64,000 nt of DNA. Source: an uncultured Anaerolineales bacterium. GTDB lineage: Bacteria; Chloroflexota; Anaerolineae; B4-G1; SLSP01. A program made the position numbers and the translations under genes. The stretch lies in NCBI GenBank assembly GCA_964504195.1, contig CAZDDI010000003.1, forward strand, positions 83,380-147,379, given 5' to 3'. The notes under the pieces are model-generated. The model searched no databases. It was not told the DNA's origin and saw only the letters and a list, made by a program, of their open reading frames with translations. Of this stretch, positions 1 to 8,088 are shown one piece after another; the stretch's first letter is position 1, and each line of letters opens with the position of its first letter.

Positions 1-105
1 ATAGATTTAGGTTACTGGTTGCTAGTTGCTGGTTGCCTGACGACAGACTACCGACCACGCTTTGCACACTTGAGGTCTGTAGTCAGTGGTCTACGACAAA
101 GTTGC

Positions 106-1278
106 CTACACGCTGCGATGCCGCTGCACGAAGCGCGCGATGCGCTCTAGGGCGATTTCCAGCTTCTCGTAAGCGGTGGCGTAGGAGATACGGACGTAGC
201 CCACGCCCGACGCCCCGAAGCCACGCCCCGGAATCAAGGCGACCCGCTCTTCTTGCAGTAGCTGCTCGGCGAAGTCGCTATCATCCATGCCGGTGCTTTG
301 TACACACGGGAAAGCGTAGAACGCGCCCTGCGGCTCCACACAGTTCAGGCCGATGTTGTTCAGCCCGGCAACGATGAGCTTCCGGCGGCGGTCGTATTCC
401 GCGCGCATCTCCTGCACAAACGGCTCGCCAATCTCCAGCGCCTTGAGCGCGGCCCACTGCGAGGGCGTCGGCGCGGACATGATGAGGTACTGGTGGATTT
501 TGCGCATCTCACCTACCAGCTCCGCTGGGCCGAGAATTTGGCCGATGCGCCAACCGGTCATTGCATACGCCTTCGAGAAGCCCTGCAAGACTACCGTGCG
601 CTGATACATCCCTGGCAGGCTGGCGAAGCAGGTATGCTCCACGCCATACACCAGGCGGTCATAGATTTCGTCGGAGATGACCATGAGGTTGTGCTTCTTG
701 GCGACGGTGGCGATTTCGTTCAGCCGTTCGCGGCTCAGCACCGTGCCGGTGGGGTTGTTGGGCGACGCGACAAAGATAACCTTCGTGCGCTCGGTCACAG
801 CGGCTTCGATGGCCTCTGCTGTGATTTGGAAGCCAGTATCTGCTGTAGTGGGTAGGGCTACCGGCTTCGCTCCCAATAACAGCGCCGTGGGAATATAAGA
901 CACGAAGCTGGGTTCAGGGAAGATGATCTCATCGCCCGGATCGAGCAGTGCCGCCATGACCAGGAACAGCGCCTCAGAGACGCCAACGGTGATGAGGATT
1001 TCGCTCACCGGGTTGTAGGTCTGCCCGTAGAGCTTATCCATCTGCTCGGCAATCGCGCGGCGCAGTTCCACCAGCCCGGAGTTCGAAGTGTAGTGCGTCT
1101 CACCCCGCTCCAGTGATTCGATGCCGGCCCGGATGATTGGCTCCGGCGTGTCGAAGTCCGGCTCGCCAATGCCCAAACTGATGACGTTCTCCATCGTTGC
1201 TGCGATGTCGAAAAACCGGCGAATCGCCGATGGCGGCATCGTCCTGACTCGATTAGAAATAAAGCGTTCTGGATCCAT
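106..1278 (-). CDS. Class I/II PLP-dependent aminotransferase (aspartate/aromatic aminotransferase-like)
   Basis: 390-aa ORF with an aminotransferase fold signature including SFSKAYAMTGWRIG (PLP-binding Lys). An AGGAG RBS lies before the MDPERF start on the minus strand. Confidence 0.8.
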   Translation of the reverse strand: MDPERFISNRVRTMPPSAIRRFFDIAATMENVISLGIGEPDFDTPEPIIRAGIESLERGETHYTSNSGLVELRRAIAEQMDKLYGQTYNPVSEILITVGVSEALFLVMAALLDPGDEIIFPEPSFVSYIPTALLLGAKPVALPTTADTGFQITAEAIEAAVTERTKVIFVASPNNPTGTVLSRERLNEIATVAKKHNLMVISDEIYDRLVYGVEHTCFASLPGMYQRTVVLQGFSKAYAMTGWRIGQILGPAELVGEMRKIHQYLIMSAPTPSQWAALKALEIGEPFVQEMRAEYDRRRKLIVAGLNNIGLNCVEPQGAFYAFPCVQSTGMDDSDFAEQLLQEERVALIPGRGFGASGVGYVRISYATAYEKLEIALERIARFVQRHRSV

Positions 1279-1295
1279 AGTGCCTCCTGAAAATC

Positions 1296-1350
1296 TCAAA
1301 TCTCAAATAGCAAATTTCGAATGGTGAATGGCGAATAGCGAATTTATGCG
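1296..1350. repeat. Degenerate heptanucleotide tandem array in a 5' leader
   Basis: The sequence reads AAATCTC AAATCTC AAATAGC AAATTTC GAATGGT GAATGGC GAATAGC GAAT, a period-7 array. It sits in the leader of the aminotransferase. Related GAATGGC/GCGAATG arrays occur at 2381-2412 and 63745-63775. Confidence 0.6.
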
Positions 1351-1377
1351 CTCGTGTTTACAAAAAAATCCAAAAAT

Positions 1378-2364
1378 CTAAAATCCACAATCGGAAGAAT
1401 CGCCCAGGTTGAGGCTGTGGAATGTCCCCGTGACTTTGGCCCAGCGGCCAATGAGCGATTCGGTCAACAGCGCGCCCTCAATCTGTGCATCCTCATCCAC
1501 GATGGTATCGTGCAACACGCTCTCGCGCACCTGCGCGCCTGCCCCGATGGACACATGCGGCCCGATGACCGACCGCTCGATCACCGCCTGCGGGTGGATG
1601 TAGACCGGCGGGATGAGCGTTGTGCCAGGGCGCAACGCCTCGAAGCTGTTATCGTAGCCGTGCTCCAGGATGTACCGGTGCGTCTCCAGCGTTGTCTCTG
1701 GCTTGCCTGTATCCAGCCACACGCCCACTTCACGGGTGGCGAAGTTCGCCCCCTGCTGAATCATCAGCGTGACTGCATCGGCCAGATAATACTCACCCTT
1801 CGTCTGGATGCGGCGCTCCATCAGCTCGCCGCACGCGCGCGCCAGCCACGCCCCATCCTGGAAGTAGTACAGGCCCATGAGGACCTTCTTGTTCTCCACC
1901 GATTCGGGCTTCTCGATGAGGCGCGTCGCCCGGCCCTGTGCATCAGTCTCCACCACGCCGAACCGGCGGGGGTCGTCTTCCTCTTTGGTGAAGATGATGC
2001 CATCCTGTCCGGGACGCTCCAATTTCGCGAAATTCGTGTCATCAAAGAGCGTATCCACGAACATCATAAACATCGGCCCGGTCAGATATTCGCGGGCGAG
2101 CCAGAGCGCGTGCGCCTGGCCCAGCATTTCCTTTTGCTCGACAAAATGCGCTGGTAACTGGTAATTCTCGCGCATATAGACATCCACCTGATCGCCCAGC
2201 CAGCCGGTGATGAAGACATATTCTTCGATGGGCAAATCGCGGAAACGCTCGAAGATATGCGCCAGCATCGGCTTCCCGGCGATGGGCAACAGCGGTTTGG
2301 GGCGCGTCCAAGTGTGGGGGCGCATCCGCGTCCCAAATCCGGCCATAGGAATAACGAGTTTCAT
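1378..2364 (-). CDS. Sugar-phosphate nucleotidyltransferase (glucose-1-P thymidylyl/guanylyltransferase-like) with C-terminal left-handed beta-helix
   Basis: N-terminal MKLVIPMAGFGTRMRP...KPLLPIAGKP is the NTP_transferase G-x-G-T-R motif. A C-terminal hexapeptide-repeat-like region follows. An AGGAG RBS is present. Confidence 0.7.
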   Translation of the reverse strand: MKLVIPMAGFGTRMRPHTWTRPKPLLPIAGKPMLAHIFERFRDLPIEEYVFITGWLGDQVDVYMRENYQLPAHFVEQKEMLGQAHALWLAREYLTGPMFMMFVDTLFDDTNFAKLERPGQDGIIFTKEEDDPRRFGVVETDAQGRATRLIEKPESVENKKVLMGLYYFQDGAWLARACGELMERRIQTKGEYYLADAVTLMIQQGANFATREVGVWLDTGKPETTLETHRYILEHGYDNSFEALRPGTTLIPPVYIHPQAVIERSVIGPHVSIGAGAQVRESVLHDTIVDEDAQIEGALLTESLIGRWAKVTGTFHSLNLGDSSDCGF

Positions 2365-2511
2365 AGTAGCTCCTGTTCAAATTTGCAAATAGCGAATGGC
2401 GAATGGCGATCTGAGTTACAAGTAATACGGTCAGGATTTTCTTCACGCATCACGTTTCACGTCTCTTTTTGTGTGGCTGGTCATGCGTGGGATGAGCATA
2501 CCCAACGCCTA

Positions 2512-3750
2512 TTAAAAATCCCAATCGAATTCCGGGACGGGCAGCCGCAGCACGCGATCCAGATCCCGCAGCAGCTCCGGTGGGCCGGCAAGCGCATCGG
2601 TCACGGCCAGGCGGGAGGGCTGCCGCACGCCCAGCCACATCCGGCTGAAGGCATTGACCGTCGCCACGAGCGTGGGGAGCGCCGGATCGTTGCCCGGTGC
2701 CGCGCTGGATTCCGGCCCTAACGTGACGATATACTCGCCGCCGATACCCTGCCAGGGAGCATCCTCTCCCAGGTGACGGGTGATCGGATCGGTGAGCGCC
2801 AGGTTGAAGCGCACCGTTTCGCCAGGTAGATGGGTCTTTGCCAGACAGCCCGCCAAATCGCAGATGCGCAGTTGGTGATAGCCATCGCCCCAAGCGCGAT
2901 TCTCGAACTTGCCCTTGGAGGTCAGTCTGCGGAAGCGGAACGGTTGCTTGAGCAAATCCTGGAACTGGATGCCATGTGGCTCGCGCAGATGGATCGCATG
3001 TACCTGATTGCCCAGATTCCGCATTAGGGCGACCAGCTCTAACAATTGCGTGCTGTTCTGATAAACCAATTGCCAGACCCAATACGGGCCGTCCTCCATA
3101 TTGTCACTGCTGAACCAAACGTAATGCGAAAGTGCGCCATCCGGGCCATCATCATAGCCCAGCCCGAAGCCGGTCTTGCTGAAAACCATATCCCCGCGCG
3201 TCATATTGGCGGATGCCAATGAACACGCACCATGCCCAGCCATGCGGGTCAAGCGCGCCGCATGGGCAGCTTCCCAATCATCAAGCGTGATGCGGCGCGG
3301 GATGCGCGCCGTGACCGGCACCTGGAGCTGCGCCGGATCGAAGGCTACCCAACGCACATAAGGCAGCGCGCCAAAGCCCAACTGATCGTAGTACCCCTGC
3401 TCGAACATCCCCAGGCCCGCCACCTGCACACCCGCAGCAACCTCTTCCGCGAGCAGTTGCGCGAGCAGCCGCGCCGCTAACCCTTGCTTGCGTGCGATGC
3501 GGCTTGTTGCCACCGCAGCCACACCGCCCAGTGTGAGCGTTTCATCGAGATATTGGAATGTGCCGGGAATGATAGAGACGGAACTTTCCGCCGTGCCATT
3601 GATTTCAGCCACTAACGTGCTTCCGGCGGCGAAGAAACGCCCTGCAGCCGCATCTATCTCCTCGCTGCGCTGAATCCAGCCCACCTCTTGCCAGATCCGG
3701 CAAACGGCGTCATGGTCTTTTTCGGCTTCATACGGGCGAATGGTAATCAA
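2512..3750 (-). CDS. GNAT family N-acetyltransferase, Eis-like (GNAT + C-terminal extension)
   Basis: 412 aa. The N-terminal GNAT core motif is QGLAARLLAQLL...GMFEQGYYDQLGFG. Length and architecture resemble Eis-type acetyltransferases. A TTG start follows a GGAG RBS. Confidence 0.6.
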   Translation of the reverse strand: MITIRPYEAEKDHDAVCRIWQEVGWIQRSEEIDAAAGRFFAAGSTLVAEINGTAESSVSIIPGTFQYLDETLTLGGVAAVATSRIARKQGLAARLLAQLLAEEVAAGVQVAGLGMFEQGYYDQLGFGALPYVRWVAFDPAQLQVPVTARIPRRITLDDWEAAHAARLTRMAGHGACSLASANMTRGDMVFSKTGFGLGYDDGPDGALSHYVWFSSDNMEDGPYWVWQLVYQNSTQLLELVALMRNLGNQVHAIHLREPHGIQFQDLLKQPFRFRRLTSKGKFENRAWGDGYHQLRICDLAGCLAKTHLPGETVRFNLALTDPITRHLGEDAPWQGIGGEYIVTLGPESSAAPGNDPALPTLVATVNAFSRMWLGVRQPSRLAVTDALAGPPELLRDLDRVLRLPVPEFDWDF

Positions 3751-3794
3751 AATAGTTTCTCCTTGTCAAATGGCGAATATCGTCTAAGGCGATG

Positions 3795-4037
3795 TTATCC
3801 TCGAGCGCGAGCCGGGATGCCTAGCAAGGGCGCGGATTCCCCAGTAGCGCGGCGGGTGTTGGCCTGTGTGGCCTGCTCTAGCGCGATTTCGGGGTTCAGA
3901 GTGATGTAGTCCTGCACGGTATCATCCACTGTTGCGATCCAGTCGAGCGGGGCCTGGGGGAGCGCAACGGCGGTCAGCGTCCCACTTGCCAACTGTGCCA
4001 GGGCTTCGTGGATGGTCAATGCTGGCGAGTTGAGCAT
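3795..4037 (-). pseudogene. gatA: gatA (Glu/Asp-tRNA amidotransferase subunit A) N-terminal remnant, 80 codons only
   Basis: The translation LTIHEALAQLASG...TGESAPLLGIPARARG matches the GatA N-terminus up to the conserved PL.GIP block. It then stops, and the amidase Ser-cisSer-Lys region is absent. It lies directly downstream of an intact gatC. Confidence 0.5.
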
Positions 4038-4042
4038 ACCGG

Positions 4043-4318
4043 TCAGCGGGTCGGCGGCGCGATAAAATAGCCGTCTTCAATGGCGGGCGCGTTAGCGAGC
4101 GTAGTTTCGCGGGCTAACCCGACATGCAGTGTATCCTCGCGCAAGACCGACCCTGGCGGTAGTGTTGGGGCCGCAGAATTAGTATCTAGCGTTTGCAACC
4201 ACGCGGCATACTCCAGAATCGCAGTGAGCTGATCTGGGTATAACATCAGTTCTGCCTCGCTCAATTCCAGTTGCGCTAATTTCGCGATGTGCGCAACATC
4301 GTCACAGGTCAAAATCAT
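4043..4318 (-). CDS. gatC: Asp/Glu-tRNA amidotransferase subunit C
   Basis: 91 aa. MILTCDDVAHIAKLAQLELSEAEL... is a typical GatC sequence, and its position immediately 5' of the gatA fragment fits. Confidence 0.75.
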   Translation of the reverse strand: MILTCDDVAHIAKLAQLELSEAELMLYPDQLTAILEYAAWLQTLDTNSAAPTLPPGSVLREDTLHVGLARETTLANAPAIEDGYFIAPPTR

Positions 4319-4539
4319 AGCTACTTCCTATAGTGACTAGTGAGCAGTTCGTCGAGAGATGGAGAAATTACTTCTCGTTGCTCATCGCTTACTGCTCACC
4401 TTGTGGTACTTCTCATTCCTTCTTCTCTATGCTATAATTTCCTGTGGATTTCACAAGTGAGGGGCTTCTACAATTAGGGTGACAAAGTTACCTCTTGTGA
4501 TGTTGGATTTGCGATTTACCGATTTTCAAGGGAGTGTTA

Positions 4540-5174
4540 TGTTCAATCTTGACCCACAAACCATTTTGCCGTCGTTGGCGATTGTACTACTCGCCATTCC
4601 CATCCACGAGTGGGCGCACTGTTGGGCAGCTTATATGCTAGGCGATCCTACGCCGGGTAGCGAGGGCCGGCTTACGCTCAACCCTTTGCTCCACCTCGAT
4701 CCTATCGGGACGCTGATGATTTTTGTAACCGGCTTTGGCTGGGGCCGCGCCGCGCGCGTCAATCCCTATCAGATGTGGCGCGTGAAAAATCCGCGCGTCG
4801 GGATGGCAATTACGGCCTTTGCCGGCCCTTTCTCCAACATTGTGCTGGCGCTGTTCTTTGCCTTACCGTTTCGCTTGGGTTTAATCAATCCGCAACAAGC
4901 AGGCTTCTTAACCAATTTTCTTTACTATATTATTGTGATCAATGTTGGCCTGGCGATGTTCAATTTGCTCCCTATCCCCCCGCTAGATGGATCGCGTATC
5001 TTGGCCGGTTTTGCCCCACCCGCTGTTGCCGATTTCATCGAAAGCCTTGAACCGGCTGCGCCCGTTATTTTAATGGTTGTGTTATTTTTGTTGCCGATGG
5101 TAGGGCTTGATCTGATCAATCTGTTACTCCGCCCGGCGATGACCTTCATGTTGCAGGCAATTTTCTGGTGGTAA
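4540..5174 (+). CDS. Site-2 protease family (M50) membrane zinc metalloprotease
   Basis: It has multi-TM hydrophobic segments, an HEWAH (HExxH) motif and an LNPLLHLDPIGT motif. A GGGAG RBS precedes an ATG at 4540. Confidence 0.7.
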
Positions 5175-5680
5175 ACCGCGCCCGTCCCGGCCATCGCATT
5201 ACGCAGTTTTTCGCTACTTTGTTCGCGCCGCTTTTGCCGGTTGATACAGCGTATGCGGCTGTTCAGCTCTCTCCGGTTCTGTTGACGTTGTTCCAACGTA
5301 TGGCCCGTGCCGAGCAACGGCACGGCATCGCGCTCTGCCGTCGGTTGGCGGAGCAAGGACACACTACCCCGGATTTACTGGCAGCGGCGCTACTCCATGA
5401 TGTGGGCAAGCTGTGCGCCCCACCGCGCCTCTGGGAACGGGTGTGGGTCGTACTGGCGGAAGCGTTCGCGCCGGAGCGTGCCGCGCGCTGGAGCGCCAGC
5501 ACGTCCCCGCGCTGGTGGCAACGCGCATTGGTGGCACGGCGTCAACATGCCGCCTGGGGGGCAGAACTGGCCGCCGAAGCCGGTGCAACGGCCCGCACCG
5601 TCTCCCTGATCCGCACCCACCACGACCCGCCCGGCGATGATGCAGATTTGCGCGCGTTACAAGTGGCCGACGAAACGTAA
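5168..5680 (+). CDS. HD-domain phosphohydrolase-like protein
   Basis: It carries an LLHDVGK HD motif. The start is uncertain (GTG at 5168 overlapping the M50 stop). Confidence 0.5.
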   Translation: MVNRARPGHRITQFFATLFAPLLPVDTAYAAVQLSPVLLTLFQRMARAEQRHGIALCRRLAEQGHTTPDLLAAALLHDVGKLCAPPRLWERVWVVLAEAFAPERAARWSASTSPRWWQRALVARRQHAAWGAELAAEAGATARTVSLIRTHHDPPGDDADLRALQVADET

Positions 5681-5723
5681 ATTTCAAGCTGCGGTTCATG
5701 CGCCTGGAGCAAAGGATACCCCT

Positions 5724-6575
5724 ATGAAAAACTTCGCCGTGTTGCAACTTTCGGGCTGCGCGGGATGTGAAGTCTCGCTCCTCAACGCCGATGCCTGGAT
5801 CAAGGACTACCGCCTGCTCTACATGCCGCTGGTGGTCTCTGCCCATGATGTGCCGGATGTGGATGTGTTGCTCATCAGCGGCGGGGTGCGCACGGATGAA
5901 GACCTCTACAAATTGCGGCGGGCGATCCACCACGCGCAGCAGGTCGTCGCCGTCGGCACCTGCGCCATCTCCGGCGGCGTCGCCAACCTGGGCGACCGCG
6001 ATGAGGTGCGCGCGCTCTTCATGGCCCACGCTGAAGAGCATCACGACCTGCCGCGCCTGCTGCCGCGCTCCCATCCCATTGATGCCATCGTGGAGGTGGA
6101 TCGCTACCTGCCCGGCTGTCCGCCTACGCCGGAGCTCTTCATGGCCGTGCTCTCCGATCCCGATGCGTTTGTGGCCGGGCGCACCGTCTGCCACGAGTGC
6201 GGGCGCAAGAAGCTCAAAGATATGCGCCCGCAAAAATTGCTTGGCTTCCAGCAAGGCCATGTTGACCCGGACATCTGCCTCATCAATCAGGGCTATCTTT
6301 GCATCGGCTCCTCGACGCGGGGCGGTTGCCGCGCCCCCTGCACGCGCGCGGGTCACCCCTGCGTGGGTTGTCGCGGCCCTTCGGATGCGTTCATCGAGAA
6401 GGAATCCGAGGCCTGGTTCACCAGCATCCAGCGCGTCTTCGCCGCCATGACCGACGTGCCGGAGGAAGACCTCACCGCTGGGCTACGTTCTCCGCAAATG
6501 GCCCTGTTCCTCTTCCAGTTCTCCGATTACGCTGGCGGCGGGCGTCCCGCGCGCCTGAAAGAGAAGGTGCTGTGA
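5724..6575 (+). CDS. [NiFe]-hydrogenase small subunit (NuoB-like 20 kDa fold + Cys-rich FeS region), cytoplasmic
   Basis: MKNFAVLQLSGCAGCE...LPGCPPTPE is the hydrogenase small-subunit / NADH-dehydrogenase 20-kDa signature. A C-terminal region carries about 8 Cys. There is no twin-arginine signal. The stop overlaps the large-subunit start (TGATG). Confidence 0.8.
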   Translation: MKNFAVLQLSGCAGCEVSLLNADAWIKDYRLLYMPLVVSAHDVPDVDVLLISGGVRTDEDLYKLRRAIHHAQQVVAVGTCAISGGVANLGDRDEVRALFMAHAEEHHDLPRLLPRSHPIDAIVEVDRYLPGCPPTPELFMAVLSDPDAFVAGRTVCHECGRKKLKDMRPQKLLGFQQGHVDPDICLINQGYLCIGSSTRGGCRAPCTRAGHPCVGCRGPSDAFIEKESEAWFTSIQRVFAAMTDVPEEDLTAGLRSPQMALFLFQFSDYAGGGRPARLKEKVL

Positions 6576-7885
6576 TGACCACATTGACTTTTCCCCTCAG
6601 CCGTATCGAAGGCCACGCGCGCGTGGTGATCGAAGTGCGCGAAGGCGCGGTGCTGTCCGCTCATTTCCAGGCCACCGAGCTGCGCGGGTTCGAGTACCTC
6701 ATCAAAGGCGCACCGGCGGAGCAAATGCCGGTCATCGTGCCGCGGATCTGCGGCGTTTGTTCGACTGCGCATCACGTCGCCGCCGTCAAGGCGCTGGAAG
6801 ACGCCTACGGCATCGAGCCGCCGCCGCTGGCGTTGCAGATCCGCGAGCTGTTGATGCTGGGCCAGTTGATTCAGAACCAGGCCACGTCGCTGTTCATCTT
6901 CACCATGCCCGACCGGTTGGGCGTGGCGAGTCTCTTCCAGGTGGATGCGGCCAGCGAGGCTGAGGCCGCATCTGGTATAGCCGTGCGCGCGCTGCAAGTC
7001 CGCAAGGCCGGCACCGATCTCATCGGGGTGGCCGGCGGACAATTCATCCACCCGGTCAAGGCCGTGATCGGCGGAGTGACGAGCGGCATCACGCCGAGCG
7101 CCGCCGCCCAGATGCGTGAGCAGTTGCAAGCCGCGCTCCCTATCGCCTGCGAGCTCTTCGATTATTACTGGGAGACCTCGGTAGCGCTGGGCGAGCGGTT
7201 GGGCACCTGGGGCGATGACGAACCGGCTTGTTACATCTCCGCCGTCTCCGGGCTGCGCCCCAACTTCTACGGTGACGCTATCCGGCTGGTGGGGTGTGAG
7301 GGTGATTCGTGTGCGCTCTTCCCGGCGCGGCATTTCCGCGAATATCTGAGCTACGACGACACCGATTACAGCTACGCGGCCAAATCCAGCTACCAGGGCA
7401 ATGTTCTGCGGGCCAACAGCCTGGCGCGCATCAACATCGTTGAGCAGCTGGGGACGCCCTGCGCTGATCGTTACCTTAAACAATTCAAGGCGACATTTGG
7501 CTCGCCCGCCCACGCGATTCTGCTCTTCGACCTGGCGCGCGGCATCGAACTGGTCTACGCGCTGGAGCGGGCCATCGAGCTGCTGGCCGCGCCGTTGGAT
7601 GTAGGCCCGGAAGCCGTGCCGTACACCCCCCGCGACGGCGAGGGTTACGGGCTGGTCGAAGCCCCGCGTGGGCCGCTCATCCATCACTACCGTATCGAAA
7701 ACGGCCTGATAGCGCAAGCCGAATTCATCATCCCTACCGTGCATAACGTGCTCGCCATCGAGCGTGCGCTGCGTGTGGCGGCGAACCGCTACATCACGGC
7801 AGATAGCGTCAACCTGGAGCTGGAGCGCGCGGTCGGGCGCGTTGTGCGGGCCTTCGATCCGTGCATTGCCTGTGCGACACACTAG
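6575..7885 (+). CDS. [NiFe]-hydrogenase large subunit; terminates at the His of DPCIACATH (no cleavable C-terminal extension)
   Basis: The N-terminal motif is RICGVCSTAHH and the C-terminal motif is DPCIACATH*. The protein is 437 aa and translationally coupled to the small subunit. Confidence 0.85.
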   Translation: MTTLTFPLSRIEGHARVVIEVREGAVLSAHFQATELRGFEYLIKGAPAEQMPVIVPRICGVCSTAHHVAAVKALEDAYGIEPPPLALQIRELLMLGQLIQNQATSLFIFTMPDRLGVASLFQVDAASEAEAASGIAVRALQVRKAGTDLIGVAGGQFIHPVKAVIGGVTSGITPSAAAQMREQLQAALPIACELFDYYWETSVALGERLGTWGDDEPACYISAVSGLRPNFYGDAIRLVGCEGDSCALFPARHFREYLSYDDTDYSYAAKSSYQGNVLRANSLARINIVEQLGTPCADRYLKQFKATFGSPAHAILLFDLARGIELVYALERAIELLAAPLDVGPEAVPYTPRDGEGYGLVEAPRGPLIHHYRIENGLIAQAEFIIPTVHNVLAIERALRVAANRYITADSVNLELERAVGRVVRAFDPCIACATH

Positions 7886-8020
7886 TGTCCTGCGGTATGG
7901 CCGTTCCAAGAATTAAAACCGTTCACCTTGCTCGGCGTGGATTGTCAAATCCACGCCTCTGAGCTACACAGGGCCCGGGAATCGCTGGAGTTAGCAATCC
8001 AGCGAGAGCAGGATGCGCCG

Positions 8021-8053
8021 TTCGCGTGCCCGCGAAGCCGCCGCTTCGCGCTA
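8021..8053 (+). terminator. Hairpin CGCGAAGC-cgcc-GCTTCGCG followed by a T-rich tract
   Basis: This is a perfect 8-bp stem with the T-rich tract CTATATCTATTTTC displaced 3'. The same stem sequence recurs at 18005-18024. Confidence 0.25.
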
Positions 8054-8088
8054 TATCTATTTTCAAGGAAACAGGAAAGGAGGCGCGG

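Noticed and set aside
2512-3795. Possibility that the GNAT ORF is the frameshifted continuation of gatA
   Set aside because: The GNAT ORF has its own start and RBS, and acetyl-CoA-binding GNAT motifs begin near its N-terminus. No amidase signature (GGSS[GS]G / Ser-cisSer-Lys) is present in any frame between 2512 and 3795.
6527-7909. 460-aa ORF on the minus strand opposite the hydrogenase large-subunit gene
   Set aside because: It lies entirely antisense to a motif-rich, well-supported CDS. It is Arg/Gly/Ala-rich, typical of spurious high-GC antisense frames, with no RBS or motifs.
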